Position numbers and translations under genes: made by a program. Below are positions 22,560 to 32,405 of a DNA stretch of 64,000 nucleotides, one piece after another. Where the stretch lies: assembly GCA_963795855.1 (NCBI GenBank), contig CAWCIZ010000002.1, forward strand, positions 352,001 to 416,000, given 5' to 3'. Every line of letters starts with the position of its first letter. Positions within the stretch are counted from its first letter, which is position 1. The notes under the pieces were generated by a model, which saw only the letters and a program-made list of their open reading frames with translations, made no database searches and had not been told where the DNA came from. The stretch is from Vulcanimicrobiota bacterium (GTDB taxonomy: Bacteria > Vulcanimicrobiota > Vulcanimicrobiia > Vulcanimicrobiales > Vulcanimicrobiaceae).

Positions 22560-22898
22560 CTACGCGGTTACGTCGATGAAGTGTTCGCCGTCGCCGCTCA
22601 GGCCGAGCGGGCCGGCCGCGCCGGCCTCCGCGGAATTTTCGTCGCTGCCGGGCTTGTGCCGGCGCCGCGCGGGCGGATCCTGGTGCTCGCGCTCGCCGTC
22701 GCCGCGCGAGCGCACCTTCGAACCTTCGACCTTGACGGGTTCGTCGACGCTCTCTTCACGGCGCACGACCTCGGCGGCGAACGCGGATTGCGCCGCCTGC
22801 TGCGCGGTTTGCGGGCCTTCTTGAGCAGTACTGAGCACGGCCGCGCTCGCGGGAGCAGCCATGTAAGCGAGTTGGAGATCGACCGGACGAATGGCCAT
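22560..22898 (-). CDS. Hypothetical protein in flagellar cluster
   Basis: MAIRPVDLQ...GEHFIDVTA; between fliA and fliK-like. Confidence 0.65.
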   Translation of the reverse strand: MAIRPVDLQLAYMAAPASAAVLSTAQEGPQTAQQAAQSAFAAEVVRREESVDEPVKVEGSKVRSRGDGEREHQDPPARRRHKPGSDENSAEAGAAGPLGLSGDGEHFIDVTA

Positions 22899-22948
22899 GG
22901 TACGAGCAACTTCGGGCCGGCGGGTCCATCCCCTCGGGCGCCGCGGGA

Positions 22949-23788
22949 TTAGCCGGCTCTGCTTACGTTATCGGCCGTGGGCGGATTTTTGCGCAGGTAC
23001 TTCTGCTTGACGTTGGGGTCGCCGTCGCGATAGCCGAGGTCGCTGCGCAGCTCCCGCAGTTTTTGGCGCAGATGGATCACGGCTTGCGCGTGAATCTGCG
23101 ATACGCGCGATTCCGAAACGTTCAGCGCGCCTTTGATTTCCTTGAGCGTGAGGCCGTCGAAGTAATACAGCGAGATGACGGTTCGCTCTTGCGGGGGCAG
23201 TTCTTCAACCGCTCTGACGAGCGCCGAACGAATTTCGCGGTGCTCGACGGCAGTGGTGACGTCGTTGTCGGAGTCCTTGAGCGTGTCGACGAGCGGAATT
23301 TCGTAGCCCTTCTCGTTGGGCAGAAACTCTTCGAGCGAGAGCACGGCAGTGCCGCGCACGCGCTGCATCACGGTGTCGAGTTCTTTGCGCGAGATGCCGA
23401 GCTTTTCGGCGAGCTCGTCTTCGGTGGGGACGCGGCCGAACTGAGCTTCGAGTTCCTGATACGCGCGTTCCAATTCGCGTGCGCGCTGGCGTACGGCGCG
23501 CGGAACCCAGTCGAGCGAACGAAGCGCGTCGAGGATGGCGCCGTTGATGCGCGTGATGGCATACGTTTCGAACTTCACGCCGCGAGCATCGTCGTATTTC
23601 TCGATGGCGTCGATGAGCCCGAGAATACCGTCGTTGATCAGATCGTTGAGTTCGACGTTCGGAGGGAGGTTCACGGAGATGCGTCCGGCCACGTACTTGA
23701 CCAAGTGCAAGTACTTGTGAACGATCTCTTCTCGTGATAGTTCAACGCCGCCGATAACGTAGCGGTGCGAACTCCGGTTCAGCCTCAT
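22949..23788 (-). CDS. fliA: FliA/WhiG-family sigma factor (sigma28)
   Basis: GLIDAIEKYD..RGVKFETYA..RINGAILDALRSLDWVPR, LTLKEI...VSESRVSQIH. Confidence 0.93.
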   Translation of the reverse strand: MRLNRSSHRYVIGGVELSREEIVHKYLHLVKYVAGRISVNLPPNVELNDLINDGILGLIDAIEKYDDARGVKFETYAITRINGAILDALRSLDWVPRAVRQRARELERAYQELEAQFGRVPTEDELAEKLGISRKELDTVMQRVRGTAVLSLEEFLPNEKGYEIPLVDTLKDSDNDVTTAVEHREIRSALVRAVEELPPQERTVISLYYFDGLTLKEIKGALNVSESRVSQIHAQAVIHLRQKLRELRSDLGYRDGDPNVKQKYLRKNPPTADNVSRAG

Positions 23789-23885
23789 TCACGCTCCGAG
23801 TTATGATGTAGCCCGTTAGGGGGCTTAATTGCTTCGCCGAAAGCGGTGCTCCTACCACCGGGCTGAACGCTGGGCGCGAATTCGG

Positions 23886-24958
23886 TTAAGAGCGTGCGAA
23901 GGAAGTGTTCGTCAGCTCGCAGAGCGCGTCGGCGATGTCGTCGAGCGCGACGACGCGATCGACCAGGCCGGCTTGAGCTGCGGCCCGCGGCATACCGTAC
24001 ACGACGCACGTGGCCGCGTCTTGTCCGATCACGAATCCGCCGCGCTCCTTTACCTTTCGTAAACCAATCACGCCGTCTTGGCCCATGCCGGTGAGAATCG
24101 CCGCCAGCGCCGACTCGCCGTACGTCTCCGCCACCGAAGCCGTCATGACGTCGACGCTGGGCACGTGCAGCGAGCGTCCTTCTTCGGAGCGTAATTGCAC
24201 CTCGACGTCGTCGCCGCCGTACGTGCGGCGCAGCGTGAGTGCCTGCCCGCCGGCGCGACGATGGCCGAGCCTTTGCGCAGCAGCATGCCGTCGACGCCTT
24301 CCACGACGCGAATTTTGCTGGCTTGATTCAGGCGCTCTGCGAGCGGGCGCGTAAAACCCGGCGGCATGTGCTGCACGATGACGATCGGCGCCGGAAAGGA
24401 CTCCGGCAAAAACGGAATGATGCGCGAGAGCGCAACCGGTCCGCCGGTCGACGTGCCGATGGCCACGCAGTCGAAGAGTCTGCGGTGCGCAATTGGCGGC
24501 GTGAGCGCCTCGGTAATCGGCGGGAGAATGACTTTTGGACGCGGCGGAACGCGGCCGGTCGCGCCGCGGCGCGCGAAGACGCGCACCTTCGCAACGAGAT
24601 CGCGCGCGACGTCGCTGATATTGACGTAGGCGGAGTCGGGCTTCGCGATAAAATCGACGGCGCCGAGATCGAGCGCGCGGAACGTCGTTTCGGCGCCTTC
24701 CTGCGTGAGCGCACTGATCATGATGATCGGTATCGAGGAGCGGCGCATGATTTCGCGCACGGCGTCCAGGCCGCTCATGCCCGGCATCTCCACGTCCATC
24801 GTGATGACGTCGGGGCGCAGCTGTTTGGCTTTGGTCACCGCCTCCTCGCCGTTGCGCGCCGTGCCGCAGACGACGATCTCGGGCTCGCCTTCGAGCATTT
24901 TCGAGATTGCCCGGCGCATGAACGCGGAGTCGTCGACGACCAAAACGTTAACGGCCAT
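23886..24958 (-). CDS. cheB: Chemotaxis methylesterase CheB; frameshift near 24240
   Basis: REC domain VVDDS/DVEMP; GTSTGGP, QHMP, PSVD, LTGMGQDG, VVYGMP. Confidence 0.93.
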
Positions 24959-25778
24959 CGCTTCTCAACCGGTAATAGATCGCTTTGGGCGTGACGACCG
25001 GCTCGTAGGCGTCGGTGAGCCGCATGATCGATTCCGCGTGACCCAAAAACAAATACCCCCGCGGGCGTAACGCTCGCGCGAAGGCTTCGACGACGCGCTT
25101 TTGGGTGGGTTTATCGAAATAGATCAAAACGTTCCGGCAAAAGATGGCGTCCATCGGCCCCTGACCGGCGACGGCAGGTTCGTCCAACAGGTTGATTCTA
25201 AAGAATTCAACCAACCGTTTCACCTCGTCGCCGATGAGAAACCCGCCCTCGAAAGGCCGAAAGTACTTTTGAATAAGTTCGGGCGGCGTGGCGCGAAAGC
25301 TGAGGTCCCGGTAAAACCCCACGTTGCAGCGTTCCAGTGCCCGGGGTGAAAGATCGCCGGCCTTGATGTGAATTCTGCCGGGCGCGAGTTTACGCGTTTC
25401 GAGCAGGGTCATCGCGACGGAAAAAGGCTCCTCGCCCGTGGAGCATGCCGATGACCACACGCGCAGCGGCGAGCCGGCGCGAACCGCCTCGGCGACGACT
25501 TCGGTCGCCAGGACTTCGAGCTGCGCGCGCTCGCGGAAGAAATAGGTTTCGTTGTTGGAGAGGATCGACGCCAATTCGTCCCATTCCGACTGGCGCTCCG
25601 GATTCGTCGTCAGGAAGCGGTAGTACGCGCCGAAGTCCGGGACGCTGCGTTTGACGAGCCGCGTTTGAAGACGGCTCTGCAGCAAAAATTGCTTCGAATC
25701 GTCGTAATAGATGCCGAAACGGCCGCGAATGAGATCGCGCAACTGCCGAAACTCGGCATCGCTGATTGTGACGAGCAA
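24948..25778 (-). CDS. cheR: Chemotaxis methyltransferase CheR
   Basis: NETYFFRE, WSSACSTGEEP, IFCRNVLIYF, GYLFLGHAE. Confidence 0.95.
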   Translation of the reverse strand: MLVTISDAEFRQLRDLIRGRFGIYYDDSKQFLLQSRLQTRLVKRSVPDFGAYYRFLTTNPERQSEWDELASILSNNETYFFRERAQLEVLATEVVAEAVRAGSPLRVWSSACSTGEEPFSVAMTLLETRKLAPGRIHIKAGDLSPRALERCNVGFYRDLSFRATPPELIQKYFRPFEGGFLIGDEVKRLVEFFRINLLDEPAVAGQGPMDAIFCRNVLIYFDKPTQKRVVEAFARALRPRGYLFLGHAESIMRLTDAYEPVVTPKAIYYRLRSDGR

Positions 25779-25781
25779 GTA

Positions 25782-26981
25782 TTACTCGTCGCGAAAATGC
25801 GCGCGCGCCGCCAAACGCAGCGCCTGTCCGTACAAATACAACCGATCCGTCACCGTTCGTTCGTGGTCTTCCCGCTGGAGAATATCGGCAAAGCGCGGCG
25901 AGGCCGCGAGTTGTTCGAAAAGCAGCGCGTAGCGCGACGGCCGCGTTTCGAGATAGCGCATAAGATGCGCGCGATGACGCAGACGCCCGTAGAAACGGCG
26001 CTTGACCGCGCGTTCGTAGTGCAGGTGCGCCGGGACGGACGCGCGGCGCGCGCAAACGACGGCCGCGGCGGCCATGCGTCCGCTCATTGCCGCTTCGTAA
26101 ATGCCCTCGCCGTTGGTGGCGTCGACCAAACCCGCCGCGGTGCCGCCGACCATTGCGCCGGGCGCCGCAATCGCGGGACGCGGCTCGCTGCCGTACAGTA
26201 AGTGCCCTTCCATTTTTATCGTGTGCGGAATGCCGGGATACAAGCGATCGCGAACGCGAGCGGTGAAGCGATCGAGTTCTGCGCGCAGCTGCGCGCCGGG
26301 CATTTTGCCCATGACGCCTAGGCCGATCGCGAGGTGATCGCGTTTGGGAAACATCCACGCGACGGTCATGCGGCCGTCTTGGGTCGGAAAATAATGCATC
26401 TCGAGCGTGCGGTACGCGATCGCGGCTGCGGGGCGTTCCAAATAGACGCGGTATTGCAGCGTCGTCACCAGGCCGTCTTGCCACTGCGCGTATGCGAATT
26501 CGCCGCTTTCCAGTTTCGCGGTGGAACCTTGGGCGAGAAAGACGTGACGCGCCGATATCGTACGCTGCTCGCCGGCGCGCAGATCCGCATAGTCGACGAG
26601 AATGCGTTCGCCCTGGCGGCGCAGAGATTTGAAAAGCGCAGACGTGCGTACCTGCGCGCCTTCTTTTGCCGCCAGGGCCGCGATCGTACCGTCGAGTTCC
26701 TCGCGCGTCGTCGTGTGGCCGGGGCCGAAAAACACTTCGTATTCGCGCAACCGCGTATCGAACAGCGCGAGGCGCGGCGTATCGCAGTGCACGAGTGTGC
26801 GGGGCAGATCGAAGGTCTCGCAGAAACCCGGACGCAGTCCGGCGGCGCAGACCCGCTTCGCGCCGACGACGCTGTCTTTGTCGAGCACGATCGTCTCGAC
26901 GCCGGCGCGGGCGGCTTCGCGAGCCGCCGTTCCGCCCGCGGGCCCGCATCCAACGACGAGAAAATCGACCGTTTCGACCAT
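25782..26981 (-). CDS. Geranylgeranyl reductase-family FAD oxidoreductase
   Basis: VVGCGPAG, KRVCAAG, WMFPK, AAGLVDATNGEGIYEA. Confidence 0.8.
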   Translation of the reverse strand: MVETVDFLVVGCGPAGGTAAREAARAGVETIVLDKDSVVGAKRVCAAGLRPGFCETFDLPRTLVHCDTPRLALFDTRLREYEVFFGPGHTTTREELDGTIAALAAKEGAQVRTSALFKSLRRQGERILVDYADLRAGEQRTISARHVFLAQGSTAKLESGEFAYAQWQDGLVTTLQYRVYLERPAAAIAYRTLEMHYFPTQDGRMTVAWMFPKRDHLAIGLGVMGKMPGAQLRAELDRFTARVRDRLYPGIPHTIKMEGHLLYGSEPRPAIAAPGAMVGGTAAGLVDATNGEGIYEAAMSGRMAAAAVVCARRASVPAHLHYERAVKRRFYGRLRHRAHLMRYLETRPSRYALLFEQLAASPRFADILQREDHERTVTDRLYLYGQALRLAARAHFRDE

Positions 26982-27030
26982 GGCCGCGGGCTTCTATGAC
27001 GCGCCGCGCGGTTCCGGCGTTTTACGAAGT

Positions 27031-27453
27031 TTACGGTTCGGAAATGTCCCCGACCATCCGTCCGACTTTCTGCGGATCCGTCGAGCGCGCGACGTCGGCT
27101 TGGCTGACGATGCCGATGACGGTGCGCCCCTGGACGACGGGCAGACGGCGAATCTGATGCTCGGACATAAGTTGCGTGGCGCGCTCGACGCTGTCCTCGG
27201 ACGTCACGGAAACCGTTTCACCGCTTCGCACTTCACCGACGGTCGTCTTTGAGGGATCTTTGCCGACCGCCACCGCTCCGACGACGATGTCGCGATCGGT
27301 GATCATTCCGACAAGTTCGTTATTCTGCGCGGTTACGGGCAGCACGCCCACGTCTTGCTGTGCCATCAGTTTTGCCGCGTTGGCGATCGTATCGTCTTCG
27401 CGAGTGGTCACGACGTCTTTCGTCATGATGTCGGCGATTTGTTGATTTGCCAT
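27031..27453 (-). CDS. CBS-domain pair protein
   Basis: DIMT, VGVLPV, GMITDRD, IRRLPVV, GIVSQAD. Confidence 0.9.
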   Translation of the reverse strand: MANQQIADIMTKDVVTTREDDTIANAAKLMAQQDVGVLPVTAQNNELVGMITDRDIVVGAVAVGKDPSKTTVGEVRSGETVSVTSEDSVERATQLMSEHQIRRLPVVQGRTVIGIVSQADVARSTDPQKVGRMVGDISEP

Positions 27454-27900
27454 AGGGCGTACTCCTGTTCACACGTGTCTGTAGCACGTTCCCCTGGACC
27501 ACCTCCGCAACACGCGCCAAACGACCGGTTCCCAGACCGAATCGCCGCGAGCTTGCGCTATTTTTTGTGCGCGCTCCACATATGAGGAGTGTGATGGCAG
27601 CGCCGATGATGACGCCGTAGAGTGCGTCGATGACGTTGACCGCCGGTCCGGAAAGCCGGGTTCTCCAAATCGCCTCGACGCATGTCATTACCGAAACGAG
27701 GAGCGCCAATGAAATAATATAGAACGAAGTATTACGCGTCCTGAACTTTGCCATGCTGGACTTTTCCGCAGGTCGCCTTCGGGGTCCTAGCCGCGCTCGA
27801 GCGGCGCTAAGCGCGCTGCATCGCCGCAACAAAGATGCGTGGGGTCGACCCAATCCGTCGGGTTTCTCCCGAAAACGCCAAATGGTGTGTGAGGCGCCCG

Positions 27901-29046
27901 CTATTCGTCCCCGTTTTCGAAGGTGACGGTGAAAATCGCAATGTCGTCGGGAGCCGGGGGCTCCACGACTTCGCGCAATAGATAAGACGCGGGGTTTGCG
28001 ACATGCAAATTCGTCGAGGCCTCGATCGCAGCGCGCAACCGCGCTTCCCCCTCGGCCGAATCATGTGAGGCTTCGATGAGACCGTCGGTGTAACAGACCA
28101 GTGACGTCGCATCGTGTAAGGACACGCTTGTAGACGTCCGTTTCATAGTTGCAGGCACGCCGAGCAGTGTGTCGCCATTGCAAGAGCTTCTTCAATCGAA
28201 CCGTCCGAGCGCTGGAGCAATGCCGGCGGATGTCCCGCGTTCGAAAATTCCAGCGTACGCCGCTGGGGATCGAGCACGCAAAAAAACACGCTGGCTATAA
28301 AGTCTGGGTTTTCCATCAGCATCATGTCCTCGACGGACGAAATGATGGAACCGGGATCGCGATTTTGAAATTGCGCGGCTCGCATCGCGACCGCTCTGAA
28401 CGACTGGCGCAGTTTGCTCATCAACACGGCCGCTTCGAGGCCGTGCCCGTTCACGTCGCCAACCGATACTGCGAGCGTGCCGTTGGAGAGCGGGAACGCA
28501 TCGTACCAATCGCCGCCGACGAGCAAGTCCTTCGAACTGGGTTGGTACACGGCGTCGAAGGTGAGGTCTTTGAAGACCGGGCAGTCTTCGCGGTAGCGCG
28601 GCCTGCTGAAACGTTTCTGCGACGCGACGCTGCTGACGGTAGAGCGTTTCGAGCGCCTCTTTCGCTTGGCGAGCGGCGTGCGTCTCCATTGCCGTGCCGA
28701 CCCACTGTACGATCGTACCGCTTGCATCGCGCAGCGCGTGCGCATGCGCCGAGAACCAGCGCCACTCACCGGACGCCGCGTGGCGAATACGATACTCGAT
28801 TTCAACGTCTTGACCGCTCTCCATCGCCGCGTACCACGCTGCCCCCACAGACGGCACGTCGTCGGGATGAATGTAGTTGCGCCAGTCTTCGCCGGGATCG
28901 CGTTGGAAACGCGGCTGACCGGTGTATTCGTGCCACGCGCGATTGAAAAAATTCACGACGCCGTTCGGATCCGACATCATGACGAGAATCGGCAAAGCAT
29001 CCGCCATAACGCGCTGCGTTTCGGTGATTGTGTCGATCAATCGCAT
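27901..29046 (-). CDS. PAS + PP2C (SpoIIE/RsbU-like) phosphatase; frameshifts near 28580 and 28180
   Basis: PAS (FFNRAW.EYTG, IHPDD, EYRIR, WRWF); VGGDWYD, VGDVNGHG, NAGHPP, YTDGLIE, DDIAI across frames. Confidence 0.85.
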
Positions 29047-29168
29047 GGCGGCATACTTGCTTAACAAGAACCAAAATCATTCACGGCGTCCTAAAGGACG
29101 GCCGGGCAAGGCAAGCGGCGCTCACGTGCGCAGGCAAGCGCGCTTGCAGCGGTCAATTAAGCGCGGCT

Positions 29169-29726
29169 ATGCCGATCGCCACGCCGAAGAACTACCTGCA
29201 TCTGCCGCTGGGCGAGAATGCTCCGGAAGAGATCAACGTCGTCGTCGAGATTCCCGAACGTTCGCGCAACAAATACGAATACGACAAGACGCTCGACATC
29301 TTCCGGCTCGACCGCGCATTGCACTCGCCGATTCACTATCCCGGCGACTATGGCTTCGCGCCGCAGACGCTGGCCCTCGACGGCGATCCGCTCGACGTGC
29401 TGATCCTGACCATCGAGCCGACCTTCGCGGGGTGCCTGGTGGTTGCACGGCCGATCGGCTTGCTCAAGATGATCGACGAGGGCAAGGAAGACGACAAGAT
29501 CCTTGCCGTGCCGGTCGGGGAACCGTCATTCGACGGCATCCACAACTACACGCAGATCTTTCCGCACCTTGTACGAAAAATCTCGCACTTCTTCGAGACG
29601 TATAAACTGCTGGAGGGCAAGAAAACTGCGACGCAAGGCTGGCAAGACGCGGCCGCGGCACGGCAGATCGTGAAAGAGTCCTACGAGCGCTTCACGGAGC
29701 AAGAAGCCGCACTGAAACGCTCGTAG
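29169..29726 (+). CDS. ppa: Soluble inorganic pyrophosphatase (family I)
   Basis: NKYEYDK, LDR, YPGDYG, DGDPLDVL, DDKILAV, HFFETYK. Confidence 0.95.
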   Translation: MPIATPKNYLHLPLGENAPEEINVVVEIPERSRNKYEYDKTLDIFRLDRALHSPIHYPGDYGFAPQTLALDGDPLDVLILTIEPTFAGCLVVARPIGLLKMIDEGKEDDKILAVPVGEPSFDGIHNYTQIFPHLVRKISHFFETYKLLEGKKTATQGWQDAAAARQIVKESYERFTEQEAALKRS

Positions 29727-29734
29727 CGAACTTT

Positions 29735-30730
29735 TCACGGGCCAATGGCAGTTTGCGCGGGCCCATAGCCCGCCCCGTTGTTGAATGTTCCGGCATCCAT
29801 CGCAAAAGCCGGTGAACCGGACGGTTGCAGCGACGTAAACACGTCGATGCCGAAGTTGCCGGTGCCCTGCGTTTGACCGTACGGAACGTAGAGGTGTCCG
29901 TGTGAATCGAATATCGGAGCGAACGGTTGACCGTCAGCGTTCATGGTCGTCCACTTACTCGACGTCGTTAACGGCAGCGTCGAATAAAACAGGCTGGAAC
30001 AATTGCAAGGGAATGGGAAGTACGCCGTTACGACGATTTCGTTGCCGTAGATTGCGACTCCGTTCAATTGCCATCCGAAGGTCGTGGCAAACGGTTTGCC
30101 GGTATAAGGCGGCGCATAGCGCAGCAGCGCCGATTGCGGAGGCATCGACCCAGTGCCGTAGATTTGGATTTGCGTGACGTACACGTTTCTAGAGACGTCT
30201 GCCGCGACGTCGCCCGGATTGGATACGGGAATCGTTACGCTCGCGGTGGACGACGCGGAAAGAGGCGATTGAAATTTCTGGACCTCCTTAGCGGTCGGCA
30301 CCCACAGGCCGCCTTGCCGATCGAACGCTAGGAATTGCGGATTTGCGGCCGCCGTTATTGCAAAGTGAGATCCCGTCGTGCCGGTGACGACCTGTTTGTA
30401 GATGCTCACCCTATCTGTCGCCCGGCTATCCACGGCGAGATACGTGCCGTTCGATGCGACGCCGAGCGGCGAAGTGTACGAACGAACTATCAGTGGTTTC
30501 GAACTGCTGCTATACGGCGGCCCATATTGCTTCCACGTGCCGCGGTCCGTTACAAAGAGGCAGTTGTTCGCGCAACTTGCCGTCCCGGCCGCGAGGGAAT
30601 TGTCTGCCGGCAATCGATCTTGGCTTTGAATCGGCGGCGGATTGATTCCGTGACCGCCGCAAGCACTCAGCAGTAAAGCGAGAGTTGCGCAACTAAAAGA
30701 AAAAGAACAGGAACGCAAACGAAGTGCCAA
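29735..30730 (-). CDS. Lipoprotein, possible beta-propeller (NHL-like)
   Basis: Lipobox LLSAC; repeated LAFDRQGGLWV / VAADVSRNVYV / IFDSHGHLYV. Confidence 0.65.
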   Translation of the reverse strand: MALRLRSCSFSFSCATLALLLSACGGHGINPPPIQSQDRLPADNSLAAGTASCANNCLFVTDRGTWKQYGPPYSSSSKPLIVRSYTSPLGVASNGTYLAVDSRATDRVSIYKQVVTGTTGSHFAITAAANPQFLAFDRQGGLWVPTAKEVQKFQSPLSASSTASVTIPVSNPGDVAADVSRNVYVTQIQIYGTGSMPPQSALLRYAPPYTGKPFATTFGWQLNGVAIYGNEIVVTAYFPFPCNCSSLFYSTLPLTTSSKWTTMNADGQPFAPIFDSHGHLYVPYGQTQGTGNFGIDVFTSLQPSGSPAFAMDAGTFNNGAGYGPAQTAIGP

Positions 30731-31026
30731 ACCCGCACCTCCTCGTGCAAATGCGCCAACGACTTATTATAACGGTCACGTGCACCTTGTCGTAGGGCCT
30801 TGCGACCGCGCTTTTAGGTACACTCTACCGTAAGCCGGTAAGCGACGGCCAAGTCTTCGATGCGGGTTTCCAACCGCTCGAAGCGCAGCGGGTACCTGTG
30901 CCATACGAGGGATTCAAGCATAGGCGCGGTGGCGGGAATTTGCTTTGAACGCGGTTTAGTATGCTTTGGCCGCATGACGAACGCCATGTTGCGACCAAGC
31001 CGATGACGTTGCCCGAAAAGGCTCGG

Positions 31027-31260
31027 CTATGGTGTCCGAGGTTGTTGCTGCACGTTTTGGGTTTGACTGCACACCATTTCGTGCAGTTCGCGAGCAAAAT
31101 AGGTCCGTGCTTCCTGCGGTATGCTCTGCGCTTGTTCGTCGGCGATGACGTTCTCGACGATCGCATACGCGTTGTGAGGGGTGATTGCCTCAGGCTCGTG
31201 TGCCGCAACGTTCTTGAGACGTTTCCATACGCGTTCGGCATCCGTCAAATACAAAAACAT
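31027..31260 (-). CDS. Small hypothetical protein
   Basis: 77-aa ORF divergent from the Crp gene; no recognised motif. Confidence 0.3.
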   Translation of the reverse strand: MFLYLTDAERVWKRLKNVAAHEPEAITPHNAYAIVENVIADEQAQSIPQEARTYFARELHEMVCSQTQNVQQQPRTP

Positions 31261-31444
31261 GGCTGGTCCGAATTTAGCACAGCGTTACATTGCCTGCCGT
31301 TCGATATCAAACGTAACGAAAGTCAACCAAAAAAAAACGCACCTAGGCCTTGCTAGTCTGCATGGCATGCCGCCATCCGCACGCCGCGAGCTTGCTAAAT
31401 AGCAGTTACGAGTACACAATAAACCGGCGCGCAGAATTGCAACG

Positions 31445-32164
31445 ATGCAGCAGAGCAAATTACTGGCTTTACTCCCCCAAGACGAAAGAGATCGACTTTC
31501 GCCTTTCCTTCACGAAGTGTCTTTGCGACAGAATGACGAGCTGGTCGAGGCAGGGTACCCGATCGAGCACGTATGGTTTCCTCACGATTGCGTGACCTCG
31601 ACGGTCGTGGATTCTGCTGAAGGCGCGACGATCGAAGTGGGACTCATGGGCTACGAAGGCATGGTTGGCCTTTCCCTGTTACTAGGGAAGAGAATTAGCA
31701 ACACGACCGTTATCGTTCAGGTCGCGGGCAGAGCCACGAAGATGGCCGCAGCGGATTTCATTCGGCACGTCGTTCAGCGGCGCGGCAATCTATTTGACCG
31801 CCTGTTGCAATATACGGATGCCTTCATGGCGATGGTCGCCCAAACGGCGGCGTGCAACAGCCTGCATAGCATCGATGAACGGTTAGCGCGATGGATTCTC
31901 ATGGTGCACGATCGCGTTGAACGCAACGAGATTTTGCTCACGCAAGAATTTCTAGCGTATATGCTAGGCGTGCGGCGACCTTCGGTATCGCTCGCCGCAA
32001 GCGGGCTGCAGCAGATGGGACTGATCTCGTACAGTCGCGGACACATGACGATTCGCGATCGTCATGGGCTCGAGGAACGCGCGTGTCCGTGCTACGAAAT
32101 CGTGCGCAATATCGCCGGCGGTATATTCCCGAGAGAAAACGAGCAACGTAGGGAAGGCGCGTAG
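31445..32164 (+). CDS. Crp/Fnr-family transcriptional regulator
   Basis: GYEGMVG, QTAACN..H...ERLARW, LTQEFLA.MLGVRR.SV HTH. Confidence 0.9.
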   Translation: MQQSKLLALLPQDERDRLSPFLHEVSLRQNDELVEAGYPIEHVWFPHDCVTSTVVDSAEGATIEVGLMGYEGMVGLSLLLGKRISNTTVIVQVAGRATKMAAADFIRHVVQRRGNLFDRLLQYTDAFMAMVAQTAACNSLHSIDERLARWILMVHDRVERNEILLTQEFLAYMLGVRRPSVSLAASGLQQMGLISYSRGHMTIRDRHGLEERACPCYEIVRNIAGGIFPRENEQRREGA

Positions 32165-32405
32165 CACATCCCCTAACCGGGCAGGGGTGTTCCAAGTCTT
32201 CAGATGCGCGTTTCAAGCCGTGAAACGCGATGCGAGAGCATCGCGAAAACTCTTGTTGCCGCGGGTTCCCTTCGACCTAGGGTTCCAGGGCAGCAAGAGG
32301 ACTAGCCCCCTACCCCCTCAAACGGACGTTCGAACTTCCCTTCGGCGTCGCCCAGGATGGCACGCCGGCGGGACTCGCTTTACTGCACTTACCGTAAGGA
32401 TTCGC

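Noticed and set aside
23825..23856. SigH-like promoter upstream of fliA (AGGA-N18-CAAT on minus strand)
   Set aside because: The -10 element deviates from GAAT; too weak without a genome-wide motif
25782..26981. Reductase as bchP, implying phototrophy
   Set aside because: No bch or puf genes nearby, and the family is broad; cannot be assigned from motifs
27320..27754. Two-TM ORF upstream of the CBS gene
   Set aside because: May be a real small membrane protein, but its 3' part overlaps the CBS gene out of frame and its end cannot be fixed
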